From assembly GCF_003334335.1 (NCBI RefSeq), contig NZ_QOWQ01000002.1: a DNA stretch of 64,000 bases. One strand, 5' to 3'. Below, piece after piece: positions 41,685 through 53,540 of the stretch. The position numbers and the translations under genes were made by a program. Below the pieces are notes generated by a model. That model was not told the origin of the DNA, searched no databases, and saw nothing but the letters and a program-made list of their open reading frames with translations. Origin of the DNA: Escherichia coli (GTDB lineage Bacteria; Pseudomonadota; Gammaproteobacteria; Enterobacterales; Enterobacteriaceae). Position 1 is the stretch's first letter. Each line of letters begins with the position of its first letter.

Positions 41685-41937
41685 CTGGCAAGTTTGCAGC
41701 CTGGTCGTGCAGGCCAAAAGCGAACGAATTTCAGACATCAGCACCCAACTGAACGCCTTTCCCGGCTGTGAAGTTGCTGTCAGCGACGCGCCGAGCGGTC
41801 AGTTGATTGTGGTGGTGGAAGCAGAAGACAGCGAAACGCTGATCCAAACCATTGAGTCAGTACGCAACGTAGAGGGCGTGCTGGCGGTGTCGCTGGTTTA
41901 TCACCAGCAGGAAGAGCAAGGTGAGGAAACACCATGA
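41674..41937 (+). CDS. napD: NapA chaperone NapD, 87 aa
   Basis: Full ORF; overlaps napF end and napA start. Confidence 0.92.
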   Translation: MHTNWQVCSLVVQAKSERISDISTQLNAFPGCEVAVSDAPSGQLIVVVEAEDSETLIQTIESVRNVEGVLAVSLVYHQQEEQGEETP

Positions 41938-44420
41938 AACTCAGTCGTCGTAGCTTTATGAAAGCTAACGCCGTTGCGGCCGCTGCGGCGGCTGCCGGTC
42001 TCAGCGTGCCGGGCGTTGCCCGCGCCGTTGTTGGTCAGCAGGAAGCCATCAAATGGGATAAAGCGCCGTGCCGTTTCTGCGGTACTGGTTGCGGCGTTCT
42101 GGTCGGAACGCAGCAGGGACGTGTGGTGGCCTGTCAGGGCGACCCGGACGCACCGGTTAACCGTGGCCTGAACTGCATTAAGGGCTATTTCCTGCCCAAA
42201 ATCATGTACGGTAAAGACCGTTTGACGCAGCCGCTGCTGCGTATGAAAAACGGTAAATATGACAAAGAAGGCGAATTTACCCCAATCACCTGGGATCAGG
42301 CCTTCGATGTGATGGAAGAGAAATTCAAAACCGCCCTGAAAGAAAAAGGGCCGGAATCGATCGGTATGTTCGGTTCTGGTCAGTGGACTATCTGGGAAGG
42401 TTATGCCGCGTCCAAGCTGTTTAAAGCGGGCTTCCGTTCGAACAACATCGACCCGAACGCGCGTCACTGTATGGCGTCGGCAGTAGTTGGCTTTATGCGT
42501 ACCTTTGGTATGGATGAGCCGATGGGCTGCTATGACGACATCGAGCAGGCTGACGCGTTTGTGCTGTGGGGCGCAAACATGGCGGAAATGCACCCGATCC
42601 TCTGGTCGCGCATCACTAACCGTCGTCTCTCTAACCAGAACGTCACCGTGGCGGTGCTTTCTACCTACCAGCATCGTAGCTTCGAGCTGGCGGATAACGG
42701 CATCATCTTTACGCCGCAATCTGACCTGGTGATCCTGAACTACATCGCCAACTATATCATTCAAAACAATGCGATAAATCAGGACTTCTTCAGCAAGCAC
42801 GTTAACCTGCGCAAAGGGGCGACGGACATCGGCTACGGTTTACGTCCGACCCATCCGCTGGAAAAAGCAGCGAAGAATCCGGGTTCTGACGCCTCCGAAC
42901 CGATGAGCTTTGAAGATTACAAAGCCTTCGTTGCCGAGTATACGCTGGAAAAAACTGCCGAAATGACCGGCGTGCCGAAAGACCAGTTAGAACAACTGGC
43001 GCAGCTGTATGCCGATCCGAACAAGAAAGTCATCTCCTACTGGACGATGGGCTTCAACCAGCATACTCGTGGCGTGTGGGCTAACAACCTGGTCTACAAC
43101 CTGCACCTGCTGACCGGCAAAATTTCCCAGCCGGGTTGCGGTCCGTTCTCCCTGACCGGGCAACCTTCTGCGTGTGGTACTGCGCGTGAAGTGGGCACCT
43201 TTGCTCACCGTCTGCCTGCGGACATGGTGGTGACCAACGAGAAACACCGTGATATCTGCGAGAAGAAGTGGAATATCCCGAGCGGCACCATTCCGGCGAA
43301 AATCGGTCTGCACGCGGTGGCACAAGACCGTGCGCTGAAAGACGGCAAACTGAATGTTTACTGGACCATGTGTACCAACAACATGCAGGCCGGGCCGAAC
43401 ATCAATGAAGAGCGTATGCCGGGCTGGCGCGATCCGCGCAACTTCATCATCGTCTCCGATCCGTATCCGACAGTCAGTGCGCTGGCCGCCGACTTGATCC
43501 TGCCGACCGCAATGTGGGTAGAGAAAGAGGGCGCTTACGGTAACGCCGAACGCCGTACTCAGTTCTGGCGTCAACAGGTACAGGCACCGGGCGAAGCGAA
43601 ATCGGATCTCTGGCAGTTAGTCCAGTTCTCCCGCCGCTTCAAAACTGAAGAAGTATGGCCGGAAGATCTGCTGGCGAAGAAACCGGAACTGCGTGGCAAA
43701 ACGCTGTACGAAGTGCTGTATGCCACACCGGAAGTGAGCAAATTCCCGGTATCCGAACTGGCGGAAGATCAGCTGAACGATGAATCCCGCGAGCTGGGCT
43801 TCTATCTGCAAAAAGGGCTGTTCGAAGAGTACGCATGGTTTGGTCGCGGTCACGGTCACGATCTGGCACCGTTCGATGACTACCACAAAGCGCGCGGTCT
43901 GCGCTGGCCGGTGGTGAACGGTAAAGAAACGCAGTGGCGTTACAGCGAAGGTAACGACCCGTACGTGAAAGCGGGCGAAGGCTATAAGTTCTACGGTAAA
44001 CCGGATGGCAAAGCGGTGATCTTCGCACTGCCATTCGAACCGGCGGCGGAAGCACCGGATGAAGAGTACGACCTGTGGCTCTCTACCGGACGCGTTCTGG
44101 AGCACTGGCACACCGGCAGTATGACTCGCCGTGTACCAGAACTGCACCGCGCCTTCCCGGAAGCGGTCCTGTTTATTCACCCGCTGGATGCGAAAGCGCG
44201 CGATCTGCGCCGTGGCGACAAAGTGAAAGTGGTTTCTCGCCGTGGCGAAGTGATCTCGATTGTTGAAACGCGCGGTCGTAACCGTCCGCCACAGGGCCTG
44301 GTGTACATGCCGTTCTTCGACGCCGCACAGTTGGTTAACAAACTGACGCTGGATGCGACCGATCCGCTCTCGAAAGAGACGGACTTCAAGAAGTGCGCGG
44401 TCAAACTGGAGAAGGTGTAA
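41934..44420 (+). CDS. napA: Periplasmic nitrate reductase catalytic subunit (molybdoenzyme), 828 aa; Tat signal SRRSFMK
   Basis: Full ORF; twin-arginine leader and N-terminal Cys cluster. Confidence 0.96.
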   Translation: MKLSRRSFMKANAVAAAAAAAGLSVPGVARAVVGQQEAIKWDKAPCRFCGTGCGVLVGTQQGRVVACQGDPDAPVNRGLNCIKGYFLPKIMYGKDRLTQPLLRMKNGKYDKEGEFTPITWDQAFDVMEEKFKTALKEKGPESIGMFGSGQWTIWEGYAASKLFKAGFRSNNIDPNARHCMASAVVGFMRTFGMDEPMGCYDDIEQADAFVLWGANMAEMHPILWSRITNRRLSNQNVTVAVLSTYQHRSFELADNGIIFTPQSDLVILNYIANYIIQNNAINQDFFSKHVNLRKGATDIGYGLRPTHPLEKAAKNPGSDASEPMSFEDYKAFVAEYTLEKTAEMTGVPKDQLEQLAQLYADPNKKVISYWTMGFNQHTRGVWANNLVYNLHLLTGKISQPGCGPFSLTGQPSACGTAREVGTFAHRLPADMVVTNEKHRDICEKKWNIPSGTIPAKIGLHAVAQDRALKDGKLNVYWTMCTNNMQAGPNINEERMPGWRDPRNFIIVSDPYPTVSALAADLILPTAMWVEKEGAYGNAERRTQFWRQQVQAPGEAKSDLWQLVQFSRRFKTEEVWPEDLLAKKPELRGKTLYEVLYATPEVSKFPVSELAEDQLNDESRELGFYLQKGLFEEYAWFGRGHGHDLAPFDDYHKARGLRWPVVNGKETQWRYSEGNDPYVKAGEGYKFYGKPDGKAVIFALPFEPAAEAPDEEYDLWLSTGRVLEHWHTGSMTRRVPELHRAFPEAVLFIHPLDAKARDLRRGDKVKVVSRRGEVISIVETRGRNRPPQGLVYMPFFDAAQLVNKLTLDATDPLSKETDFKKCAVKLEKV

Positions 44421-44426
44421 GCCATT

Positions 44427-45122
44427 ATGTCCCGGTCAGCGAAACCTCAAAATGGTCGCCGCCGCTTTCTGCGCGATGTCGTTCGCACAGCAGGCGGGCT
44501 GGCTGCCGTGGGTGTGGCGCTGGGGTTACAACAGCAAACCGCACGCGCATCTGGCGTGCGGTTGCGCCCGCCCGGAGCCATAAACGAGAACGCCTTTGCC
44601 AGTGCCTGTGTGCGTTGCGGTCAGTGTGTTCAGGCTTGCCCTTACGACACCTTAAAACTGGCGACGCTGGCCTCTGGTCTGTCGGCGGGCACGCCATATT
44701 TTGTCGCACGGGATATTCCTTGCGAAATGTGTGAGGACATTCCGTGCGCCAAAGTGTGCCCAAGCGGTGCGCTGGATCGTGAGATTGAATCGATCGACGA
44801 CGCGCGGATGGGGCTGGCGGTACTGGTGGACCAGGAAAACTGTCTCAACTTTCAGGGGCTGCGCTGCGATGTTTGTTATCGCGAATGCCCGAAAATTGAT
44901 GAGGCCATCACCCTGGAGCTGGAGCGCAACACGCGTACCGGTAAGCACGCCCGCTTTCTGCCGACGGTTCACAGCGACGCCTGTACCGGTTGCGGTAAGT
45001 GCGAAAAAGTATGCGTGCTGGAACAACCGGCAATCAAGGTGTTACCGCTGTCACTGGCGAAAGGGGAGTTAGGTCACCATTACCGCTTCGGCTGGCTGGA
45101 GGGGAACAATGGCAAATCGTAA
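44427..45122 (+). CDS. napG: Ferredoxin-type protein NapG, 231 aa; Tat-like leader
   Basis: Full ORF; four 4Fe-4S Cys motifs. Confidence 0.93.
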
Positions 45123-45972
45123 ACGTGACGCCGGGCGCGAGGCGCTGGAGAAAAAAGGCTGGTGGCGCAGTCACCGTTGGCTGGTGTTACGTCGCCTTTG
45201 TCAGTTCTTCGTGCTGGGGATGTTTTTGAGCGGTCCATGGTTTGGTGTGTGGATCTTGCACGGCAACTACAGCAGTAGCCTGTTATTCGACACCGTTCCG
45301 CTGACCGATCCGCTGATGACGCTGCAAAGTCTTGCCAGTGGTCATCTGCCTGCCACGGTGGCGTTGACCGGTGCGGTGATTATCACCGTGCTCTACGCCC
45401 TGGCGGGAAAGCGATTATTTTGCAGCTGGGTCTGCCCGCTGAACCCGATTACCGACTTAGCGAACTGGTTACGCAGGCGCTTTGACCTCAATCAGTCTGC
45501 GACGATCCCTCGCCACATTCGCTACGTGCTGTTGGTGGTCATTCTGGTGGGATCAGCCTTAACTGGCACGCTCATTTGGGAATGGATCAACCCCGTTTCT
45601 CTGATGGGGCGTAGCCTGGTAATGGGCTTCGGCAGCGGCGCGCTGCTTATTCTCGCGCTGTTTTTATTTGATCTACTGGTCGTTGAACACGGCTGGTGCG
45701 GGCACATTTGTCCGGTTGGCGCGCTGTATGGCGTGCTGGGTAGCAAAGGTGTGATTACCGTTGCGGCCACCGATCGGCAGAAATGTAACCGCTGTATGGA
45801 TTGTTTTCATGTTTGCCCGGAACCGCATGTGCTACGTGCCCCGGTGCTGGATGAACAAAGCCCGGTGCAGGTCACCAGCCGCGATTGCATGACGTGCGGT
45901 CGCTGCGTGGATGTCTGTTCTGAGGATGTATTTACAATAACTACACGATGGAGTTCGGGAGCGAAATCATGA
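45109..45972 (+). CDS. napH: Membrane ferredoxin-type protein NapH, 287 aa
   Basis: Full ORF; TM segments and C-terminal Cys clusters. Confidence 0.93.
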
Positions 45973-46418
45973 AAAGCCATGACCTGAAGAAAGCGCTGTG
46001 TCAATGGACGGCGATGCTGGCCCTGGTGGTAAGCGGCGCGGTTTGGGCGGCTAATGGCGTCGATTTTAGCCAGTCGCCGGAAGTATCCGGGACACAGGAA
46101 GGGGCCATTCGGATGCCAAAAGAGCAGGATCGGATGCCGCTGAACTATGTGAATCAGCCGCCAATGATCCCGCATAGCGTTGAAGGTTATCAGGTAACGA
46201 CCAATACCAATCGCTGCTTGCAGTGCCACGGTGTCGAAAGCTATCGCACCACTGGCGCGCCGCGTATCAGTCCTACTCACTTTATGGACAGCGACGGCAA
46301 AGTGGGCGCGGAAGTGGCTCCGCGTCGTTATTTCTGTCTGCAATGTCACGTACCGCAGGCCGATACCGCGCCAATCGTGGGGAATACCTTTACCCCATCA
46401 AAAGGTTACGGGAAATAA
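45969..46418 (+). CDS. napB: Di-haem cytochrome c NapB, 149 aa
   Basis: Track ORF trimmed to MKSHDLKK start (ATGA overlap with napH stop); two CxxCH motifs. Confidence 0.92.
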   Translation: MKSHDLKKALCQWTAMLALVVSGAVWAANGVDFSQSPEVSGTQEGAIRMPKEQDRMPLNYVNQPPMIPHSVEGYQVTTNTNRCLQCHGVESYRTTGAPRISPTHFMDSDGKVGAEVAPRRYFCLQCHVPQADTAPIVGNTFTPSKGYGK

Positions 46419-46427
46419 GAGGTTATT

Positions 46428-47030
46428 ATGGGAAATTCTGACCGTAAGCCTGGTCTGATTAAGCGCCTGTGGAAATGGTGGCGTACCCCCAGCCGTCTGG
46501 CGCTGGGGACGCTGCTGTTGATCGGTTTTGTTGGCGGCATCGTCTTCTGGGGTGGCTTTAACACCGGGATGGAAAAAGCCAATACCGAAGAGTTCTGCAT
46601 TAGCTGCCACGAAATGCGCAACACGGTGTATCAGGAATACATGGATTCCGTGCACTACAACAACCGTAGCGGCGTCCGTGCGACCTGTCCGGATTGTCAC
46701 GTTCCGCACGAGTTTGTGCCGAAGATGATACGCAAGCTCAAAGCAAGTAAAGAGCTGTATGGTAAAATTTTTGGCGTTATTGACACGCCGCAGAAATTTG
46801 AAGCTCATCGTCTGACGATGGCACAGAATGAGTGGCGGCGCATGAAGGACAATAACTCGCAGGAGTGCCGTAACTGTCACAACTTCGAGTATATGGATAC
46901 AACCGCCCAGAAATCGGTTGCCGCGAAGATGCATGACCAGGCGGTGAAAGATGGGCAAACCTGTATTGATTGCCATAAAGGGATAGCGCACAAGCTGCCC
47001 GATATGCGTGAAGTCGAGCCAGGTTTTTAA
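46428..47030 (+). CDS. napC: Tetra-haem cytochrome c NapC (NapC/NirT family), 200 aa
   Basis: Full ORF; four CxxCH motifs. Confidence 0.95.
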   Translation: MGNSDRKPGLIKRLWKWWRTPSRLALGTLLLIGFVGGIVFWGGFNTGMEKANTEEFCISCHEMRNTVYQEYMDSVHYNNRSGVRATCPDCHVPHEFVPKMIRKLKASKELYGKIFGVIDTPQKFEAHRLTMAQNEWRRMKDNNSQECRNCHNFEYMDTTAQKSVAAKMHDQAVKDGQTCIDCHKGIAHKLPDMREVEPGF

Positions 47031-47042
47031 CAGGGTTATTGC

Positions 47043-47666
47043 GTGGGTATGCTTGAAGCCAGAGAGTTACTTTGTGAGCGGGATGAACGAACCTTATTTA
47101 GTGGCTTGTCATTTACGCTGAACGCAGGAGAGTGGGTACAAATCACCGGTAGCAACGGCGCGGGGAAGACAACGCTTCTCCGTTTGCTGACGGGGTTGTC
47201 TCGCCCTGACGCAGGCGAGGTTCTCTGGCAAGGGCAGCCCTTGCATCAGGTACGCGACAGCTACCATCAAAACCTGTTATGGATAGGCCATCAGCCGGGG
47301 ATCAAAACCCGGCTGACGGCGTTAGAAAATCTGCACTTTTATCATCGCGATGGCGATACCGCACAATGTCTGGAAGCCCTGGCGCAGGCCGGGCTTGCCG
47401 GATTCGAAGATATTCCTGTAAATCAGCTCTCGGCCGGGCAACAACGCCGCGTCGCTTTAGCGCGTCTGTGGCTGACCCGTGCCACGTTATGGATCCTCGA
47501 CGAGCCTTTTACCGCGATTGACGTTAACGGTGTCGATCGTCTGACCCAGCGTATGGCGCAGCATACGGAGCAGGGGGGGATTGTGATTCTGACTACCCAC
47601 CAGCCGCTCAACGTTGCTGAAAGTAAAATTCGCCGCATTTCACTGACGCAAACGAGGGCCGCATGA
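47043..47666 (+). CDS. ccmA: Cytochrome c maturation ABC ATPase, 207 aa; GTG start
   Basis: Full ORF; Walker [10 protein letters not shown]. Confidence 0.93.
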   Translation: MGMLEARELLCERDERTLFSGLSFTLNAGEWVQITGSNGAGKTTLLRLLTGLSRPDAGEVLWQGQPLHQVRDSYHQNLLWIGHQPGIKTRLTALENLHFYHRDGDTAQCLEALAQAGLAGFEDIPVNQLSAGQQRRVALARLWLTRATLWILDEPFTAIDVNGVDRLTQRMAQHTEQGGIVILTTHQPLNVAESKIRRISLTQTRAA

Positions 47667-48325
47667 TGTTCTGGCGCATTTTCCGTCTTGAGCTGCGTGT
47701 AGCGTTTCGCCATAGCGCCGAAATCGCCAACCCGCTGTGGTTCTTCCTGATTGTAATTACCCTTTTTCCGCTCAGTATCGGTCCGGAGCCGCAACTGCTG
47801 GCGCGTATTGCACCGGGCATTATCTGGGTTGCTGCGCTGCTTTCATCCTTGCTGGCGCTGGAACGACTGTTCCGTGACGATTTGCAGGACGGCAGTCTTG
47901 AACAATTGATGTTGTTGCCGTTACCCTTGCCCGCCGTTGTGCTGGCGAAGGTGATGGCGCACTGGATGGTAACCGGTCTGCCGTTACTCATCCTTTCGCC
48001 ACTGGTAGCAATGCTACTGGGAATGGATGTTTATGGCTGGCAAGTGATGGCGCTGACGCTGCTGCTGGGAACGCCTACGCTTGGCTTTCTCGGTGCACCG
48101 GGCGTGGCGCTGACAGTGGGACTTAAGCGCGGTGGTGTGCTGCTCAGCATACTGGTGTTACCGCTGACTATCCCATTACTCATCTTTGCCACCGCCGCGA
48201 TGGACGCGGCTTCTATGCATTTGCCCGTTGACGGGTATCTGGCAATTTTAGGCGCGTTGCTGGCAGGCACCGCGACATTAAGTCCTTTTGCGACGGCGGC
48301 AGCGTTACGAATCAGCATTCAATAA
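47663..48325 (+). CDS. ccmB: Haem exporter membrane protein CcmB, 220 aa
   Basis: Full ORF; 4-nt overlap with ccmA. Confidence 0.93.
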
Positions 48326-48366
48326 CGCTGGATTACTGATTTTTGTTCGAGTCTGGTATCGAAACT

Positions 48367-49104
48367 ATGTGGAAAACACTGCATCAACTGGCGATCCCAC
48401 CACGGCTGTATCAAATCTGTGGCTGGTTTATACCGTGGCTGGCAATTGCCAGTGTGGTCGTGCTTACCGTCGGCTGGATCTGGGGATTCGGCTTTGCTCC
48501 GGCTGATTATCAGCAGGGAAATAGCTACCGCATTATCTACCTGCATGTGCCTGCGGCGATCTGGTCGATGGGCATTTATGCATCAATGGCAGTGGCAGCG
48601 TTTATTGGCCTTGTCTGGCAGATGAAAATGGCCAACCTGGCGGTGGCGGCGATGGCCCCCATTGGTGCCGTGTTTACCTTTATTGCCCTGGTTACCGGCT
48701 CTGCATGGGGAAAACCGATGTGGGGCACCTGGTGGGTATGGGATGCACGTCTGACTTCTGAACTGGTGCTGCTGTTTTTGTATGTGGGTGTGATTGCCCT
48801 GTGGCACGCCTTCGACGACCGCCGTCTGGCGGGCCGTGCGGCAGGTATCCTGGTGCTGATTGGCGTGGTGAATCTGCCGATTATTCATTACTCCGTGGAG
48901 TGGTGGAACACCCTGCATCAGGGATCAACGCGGATGCAGCAAAGTATCGATCCGGCGATGCGTTCGCCGCTGCGCTGGTCGATTTTTGGCTTCCTGCTCC
49001 TGTCTGCCACGCTGACGCTGATGCGGATGCGTAATTTGATTTTGCTGATGGAAAAACGCCGTCCGTGGGTGAGTGAACTGATACTGAAAAGAGGCCGTAA
49101 ATGA
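48367..49104 (+). CDS. ccmC: Haem exporter protein CcmC, 245 aa
   Basis: Track ORF trimmed to MWKTLHQ start; WGxxWxWD motif present. Confidence 0.9.
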   Translation: MWKTLHQLAIPPRLYQICGWFIPWLAIASVVVLTVGWIWGFGFAPADYQQGNSYRIIYLHVPAAIWSMGIYASMAVAAFIGLVWQMKMANLAVAAMAPIGAVFTFIALVTGSAWGKPMWGTWWVWDARLTSELVLLFLYVGVIALWHAFDDRRLAGRAAGILVLIGVVNLPIIHYSVEWWNTLHQGSTRMQQSIDPAMRSPLRWSIFGFLLLSATLTLMRMRNLILLMEKRRPWVSELILKRGRK

Positions 49105-49310
49105 CCCCTGCATTTGCTTCCTGGAATGAATTTTTCGCAATGGGCGGTTACGCCTTTTTTGTCTGGCTGGCGGTGGTGATGACCGTTATTCCGCTGGTGG
49201 TTTTGGTCGTGCACTCGGTGATGCAACATCGCGCAATTCTGCGTGGCGTGGCGCAACAGCGGGCGCGTGAGGCGCGTTTACGTGCTGCGCAACAGCAGGA
49301 GGCTGCATGA
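49101..49310 (+). CDS. ccmD: CcmD, 69 aa
   Basis: Full ORF; overlaps neighbours. Confidence 0.9.
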
Positions 49311-49786
49311 ATATTCGCCGTAAAAACCGCTTGTGGATTGCCTGTGCCGTGTTGGCAGGGCTGGCGCTGACTATCGGTCTGGTGCTATATGCGCTGCGCT
49401 CGAATATCGATCTCTTTTATACGCCGGGGGAAATTCTCTACGGCAAGCGTGAAACTCAGCAAATGCCGGAAGTCGGTCAGCGTCTGCGCGTTGGCGGGAT
49501 GGTGATGCCGGGTAGTGTGCAGCGCGATCCCAATTCGCTGAAAGTGACCTTCACCATTTACGATGCTGAAGGCTCAGTGGATGTCTCTTACGAAGGCATT
49601 TTGCCGGATCTGTTCCGTGAAGGGCAGGGCGTTGTGGTGCAGGGCGAACTGGAAAAAGGCAATCATATCCTCGCGAAAGAAGTGCTGGCGAAACACGATG
49701 AAAACTATACGCCGCCAGAAGTTGAGAAAGCGATGGAAGCTAACCACCGTCGCCCGGCGAGTGTTTATAAGGACCCAGCATCATGA
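49307..49786 (+). CDS. ccmE: Haem chaperone CcmE, 159 aa
   Basis: Full ORF. Confidence 0.93.
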
Positions 49787-51726
49787 TGCCAGAAATTGGT
49801 AACGGACTGCTGTGCCTGGCGCTGGGAATTGCGCTGCTGCTGTCCGTGTATCCGCTATGGGGCGTGGCGCGCGGAGATGCGCGCATGATGGCGTCTTCCC
49901 GCTTGTTTGCCTGGCTGCTGTTTATGTCTGTGGCTGGCGCATTTCTGGTGCTGGTCAATGCTTTCGTGGTCAACGACTTCACCGTCACCTATGTTGCCAG
50001 CAACTCCAATACCCAGCTTCCGGTGTGGTATCGCGTGGCGGCTACCTGGGGCGCGCATGAAGGCTCGCTACTGCTGTGGGTGCTGCTGATGAGCGGCTGG
50101 ACCTTTGCGGTGGCGATTTTTAGTCAGCGTATTCCGCTGGATATTGTGGCCCGTGTACTGGCGATAATGGGGATGGTCAGTGTCGGCTTTTTGCTGTTCA
50201 TTCTCTTTACCTCTAACCCGTTCTCTCGCACGTTGCCGAACTTCCCGATTGAAGGTCGCGATCTTAACCCGCTATTGCAGGATCCGGGGCTGATCTTCCA
50301 TCCGCCTCTGCTTTATATGGGGTACGTGGGTTTCTCGGTGGCGTTTGCTTTTGCCATTGCTTCTTTGCTGAGCGGGCGTCTGGACAGCACTTATGCGCGT
50401 TTTACTCGTCCGTGGACGCTGGCAGCGTGGATCTTCCTGACGCTTGGCATCGTGCTCGGTTCCGCATGGGCCTATTACGAACTCGGCTGGGGTGGCTGGT
50501 GGTTCTGGGATCCGGTAGAAAACGCCTCGTTTATGCCGTGGCTGGTGGGGACTGCGCTGATGCACTCACTGGCGGTCACTGAACAACGCGCCAGCTTCAA
50601 AGCGTGGACATTACTGCTGGCAATCAGTGCCTTCTCGTTGTGTCTGTTGGGGACTTTCCTCGTGCGTTCCGGCGTGCTGGTATCGGTACACGCGTTTGCG
50701 TCTGATCCGGCGCGCGGTATGTTTATCCTCGCCTTTATGGTGCTGGTGATTGGCGGTTCGCTGCTGCTGTTTGCCGCGCGTGGACACAAAGTTCGCTCAC
50801 GCGTAAACAATGCGCTGTGGTCGCGGGAATCTTTGCTGTTAGCGAACAATGTTTTGCTGGTCGCTGCGATGCTGGTGGTGTTGCTGGGGACGCTGCTGCC
50901 GTTGGTGCATAAGCAACTGGGACTGGGCAGTATTTCGATTGGCGAACCGTTCTTCAACACCATGTTTACCTGGCTGATGGTGCCGTTTGCGCTACTGCTT
51001 GGTGTCGGTCCTCTGGTGCGCTGGGGGCGGGATCGCCCGCGTAAGATCCGCAATTTATTGATTATCGCCTTCATCTCTACGCTGGTGCTGTCGCTGCTGT
51101 TGCCGTGGCTGTTCGAAAGCAAAGTTGTGGCGATGACGGTGCTCGGCCTGGCAATGGCCTGCTGGATTGCGGTGCTGGCAATTGCGGAAGCTGCGCTACG
51201 TATTTCACGCGGCACGAAAACCACCTTCAGTTATTGGGGGATGGTGGCGGCTCACCTTGGGCTGGCAGTGACAATTGTTGGCATTGCCTTTAGCCAGAAC
51301 TATAGCGTTGAGCGTGATGTGCGCATGAAGTCCGGCGATAGCGTCGATATTCATGAATATCGCTTCACCTTCCGTGATGTCAAAGAGGTGACTGGCCCGA
51401 ACTGGCGTGGCGGTGTGGCGACTATCGGCGTAACGCGCGATGGCAAGCCGGAAACGGTGCTGTATGCGGAAAAACGTTATTACAACACTGCCGGGTCGAT
51501 GATGACCGAAGCGGCAATTGACGGCGGCATCACGCGTGACCTGTACGCGGCCCTCGGTGAAGAGCTGGAAAACGGCGCGTGGGCCGTGCGTCTTTACTAC
51601 AAACCATTTGTTCGCTGGATTTGGGCGGGCGGGCTGATGATGGCGTTGGGCGGACTGCTGTGTCTGTTTGATCCTCGCTATCGTAAGCGCGTGAGTCCGC
51701 AAAAAACTGCGCCGGAGGCCGTATGA
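49783..51726 (+). CDS. ccmF: Cytochrome c haem lyase subunit CcmF, 647 aa
   Basis: Full ORF; [12 protein letters not shown] motif. Confidence 0.95.
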
Positions 51727-52280
51727 AGCGCAAAGTATTGTTAATTCCGTTGATTATCTTCCTGGCGATTGCCGCGGCGCTGCTGTGGCAGCTGGCGCGT
51801 AATGCCGAAGGGGATGATCCGACCAATCTGGAATCGGCGCTCATTGGCAAGCCTGTGCCGAAGTTTCGTCTCGAATCACTGGACAATCCGGGGCAGTTTT
51901 ATCAGGCGGATGTGCTGGCTCAGGGCAAACCAGTACTGCTTAACGTCTGGGCGACCTGGTGTCCGACCTGCCGTGCGGAACATCAATATCTGAATCAGCT
52001 TTCTGCGCAGGGCATCCGCGTGGTCGGCATGAACTATAAAGACGATCGCCAGAAGGCAATCAGCTGGCTGAAAGAGCTGGGCAATCCTTACGCGCTAAGC
52101 CTGTTTGATGGCGATGGCATGTTAGGGCTGGATCTCGGTGTCTATGGCGCGCCAGAAACGTTTCTTATTGACGGCAACGGCATCATTCGCTATCGCCATG
52201 CGGGCGATCTGAATCCTCGCGTCTGGGAAGAAGAGATCAAGCCGCTGTGGGAGAAATACAGTAAGGAGGCCGCACAATGA
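51723..52280 (+). CDS. ccmG: Thiol:disulfide interchange protein CcmG/DsbE, 185 aa
   Basis: Full ORF; WCPTC motif. Confidence 0.95.
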   Translation: MKRKVLLIPLIIFLAIAAALLWQLARNAEGDDPTNLESALIGKPVPKFRLESLDNPGQFYQADVLAQGKPVLLNVWATWCPTCRAEHQYLNQLSAQGIRVVGMNYKDDRQKAISWLKELGNPYALSLFDGDGMLGLDLGVYGAPETFLIDGNGIIRYRHAGDLNPRVWEEEIKPLWEKYSKEAAQ

Positions 52281-53329
52281 GGTTTTTATTGGGCGTGCTG
52301 ATGCTGATGATCTCCGGCTCAGCGCTGGCGACCATCGATGTGTTGCAGTTTAAAGATGAAGCACAGGAACAACAGTTCCGTCAGCTCACTGAAGAACTGC
52401 GCTGCCCGAAATGCCAGAACAACAGCATTGCCGATTCCAACTCGATGATTGCCACCGACCTGCGTCAGAAAGTGTATGAACTGATGCAGGAAGGTAAAAG
52501 TAAAAAAGAGATTGTCGATTATATGGTGGCGCGTTACGGCAACTTCGTCACTTACGATCCGCCGTTAACGCCGCTGACCGTGCTGCTGTGGGTGCTGCCA
52601 GTAGTGGCTATTGGCATTGGCGGTTGGGTCATATACGCCCGCTCGCGGCGTCGGGTACGCGTGGTGCCGGAAGCGTTTCCTGAACAAAGCGTGCCGGAAG
52701 GTAAGCGTGCCGGATATGTTGTTTATCTGCCGGGTATTGTGGTGGCGTTAATTGTGGCTGGCGTCAGCTACTACCAGACTGGCAATTATCAGCAGGTGAA
52801 AATCTGGCAGCAGGCCACGGCACAGGCTCCGGCGTTGCTGGACAGGGCGCTGGATCCGAAAGCCGATCCGCTCAACGAAGAAGAGATGTCGCGTCTTGCG
52901 CTGGGGATGCGTACTCAACTGCAAAAAAATCCGGGAGATATAGAAGGCTGGATTATGTTGGGCCGCGTTGGCATGGCGCTGGGTAACGCCAGTATCGCCA
53001 CCGATGCATACGCCACTGCGTATCGCCTCGATCCGAAAAACAGTGATGCTGCACTGGGATACGCTGAAGCGTTGACTCGTTCATCTGATCCCAACGACAA
53101 CCGCCTCGGCGGTGAACTGCTACGTCAGCTGGTGAGAACGGACCATAGCAATATCCGTGTGCTAAGCATGTATGCGTTTAATGCCTTTGAGCAGCAGCGA
53201 TTTGGCGAAGCCGTTGCCGCGTGGGAGATGATGTTGAAACTCTTACCTGCCAACGATACTCGCCGTGCGGTGATTGAACGTAGTATCGCGCAGGCGATGC
53301 AACATTTGTCGCCGCAGGAGAGTAAATAA
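52277..53329 (+). CDS. ccmH: Cytochrome c haem lyase subunit CcmH, 350 aa
   Basis: Full ORF; LRCPKC motif and TPR-like C-terminal half. Confidence 0.93.
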   Translation: MRFLLGVLMLMISGSALATIDVLQFKDEAQEQQFRQLTEELRCPKCQNNSIADSNSMIATDLRQKVYELMQEGKSKKEIVDYMVARYGNFVTYDPPLTPLTVLLWVLPVVAIGIGGWVIYARSRRRVRVVPEAFPEQSVPEGKRAGYVVYLPGIVVALIVAGVSYYQTGNYQQVKIWQQATAQAPALLDRALDPKADPLNEEEMSRLALGMRTQLQKNPGDIEGWIMLGRVGMALGNASIATDAYATAYRLDPKNSDAALGYAEALTRSSDPNDNRLGGELLRQLVRTDHSNIRVLSMYAFNAFEQQRFGEAVAAWEMMLKLLPANDTRRAVIERSIAQAMQHLSPQESK

Positions 53330-53388
53330 AAAGAGGCCCGATGGTGATGCCATCGGGCTAGACTGTTGACAAAGTGCGCTTAGTTTAT

Positions 53389-53485
53389 GCCGGATGCGGC
53401 GTGAACGCCTTATCCGGCCTACAAAATTGTGTAAATTCAATAAATTGATCGATCCACGTAGGCCTGATAAGCGTAGCGCATCAGG
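53389..53485. repeat. RIP/BIME-1: two inverted REPs around an AT-rich IHF-like linker
   Basis: gccggatgcggcgtgaacgccttatccggcctac - aaaattgtgtaaattcaataaattgatcgatccac - gtaggcctgataagcgtagcgcatcaggc. Confidence 0.8.
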
Positions 53486-53510
53486 CAGTTTTGCGTTTGT
53501 CATAAATCTC

Positions 53511-53540
53511 AGCCCGATGATAAATCCATCGGGCTATTTT
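53511..53540 (+). terminator. Rho-independent terminator closing the nap-ccm operon
   Basis: agcccgatgataaatccatcgggct followed by atttttatt. Confidence 0.7.

Noticed and set aside
41901-42800. 299-aa ORF antisense to napA, with similar antisense ORFs in napC (46398-46991) and ccmF (50475-51224)
   Set aside because: Embedded opposite well-supported genes; Arg/His-rich low-complexity translations typical of GC-rich antisense frames.
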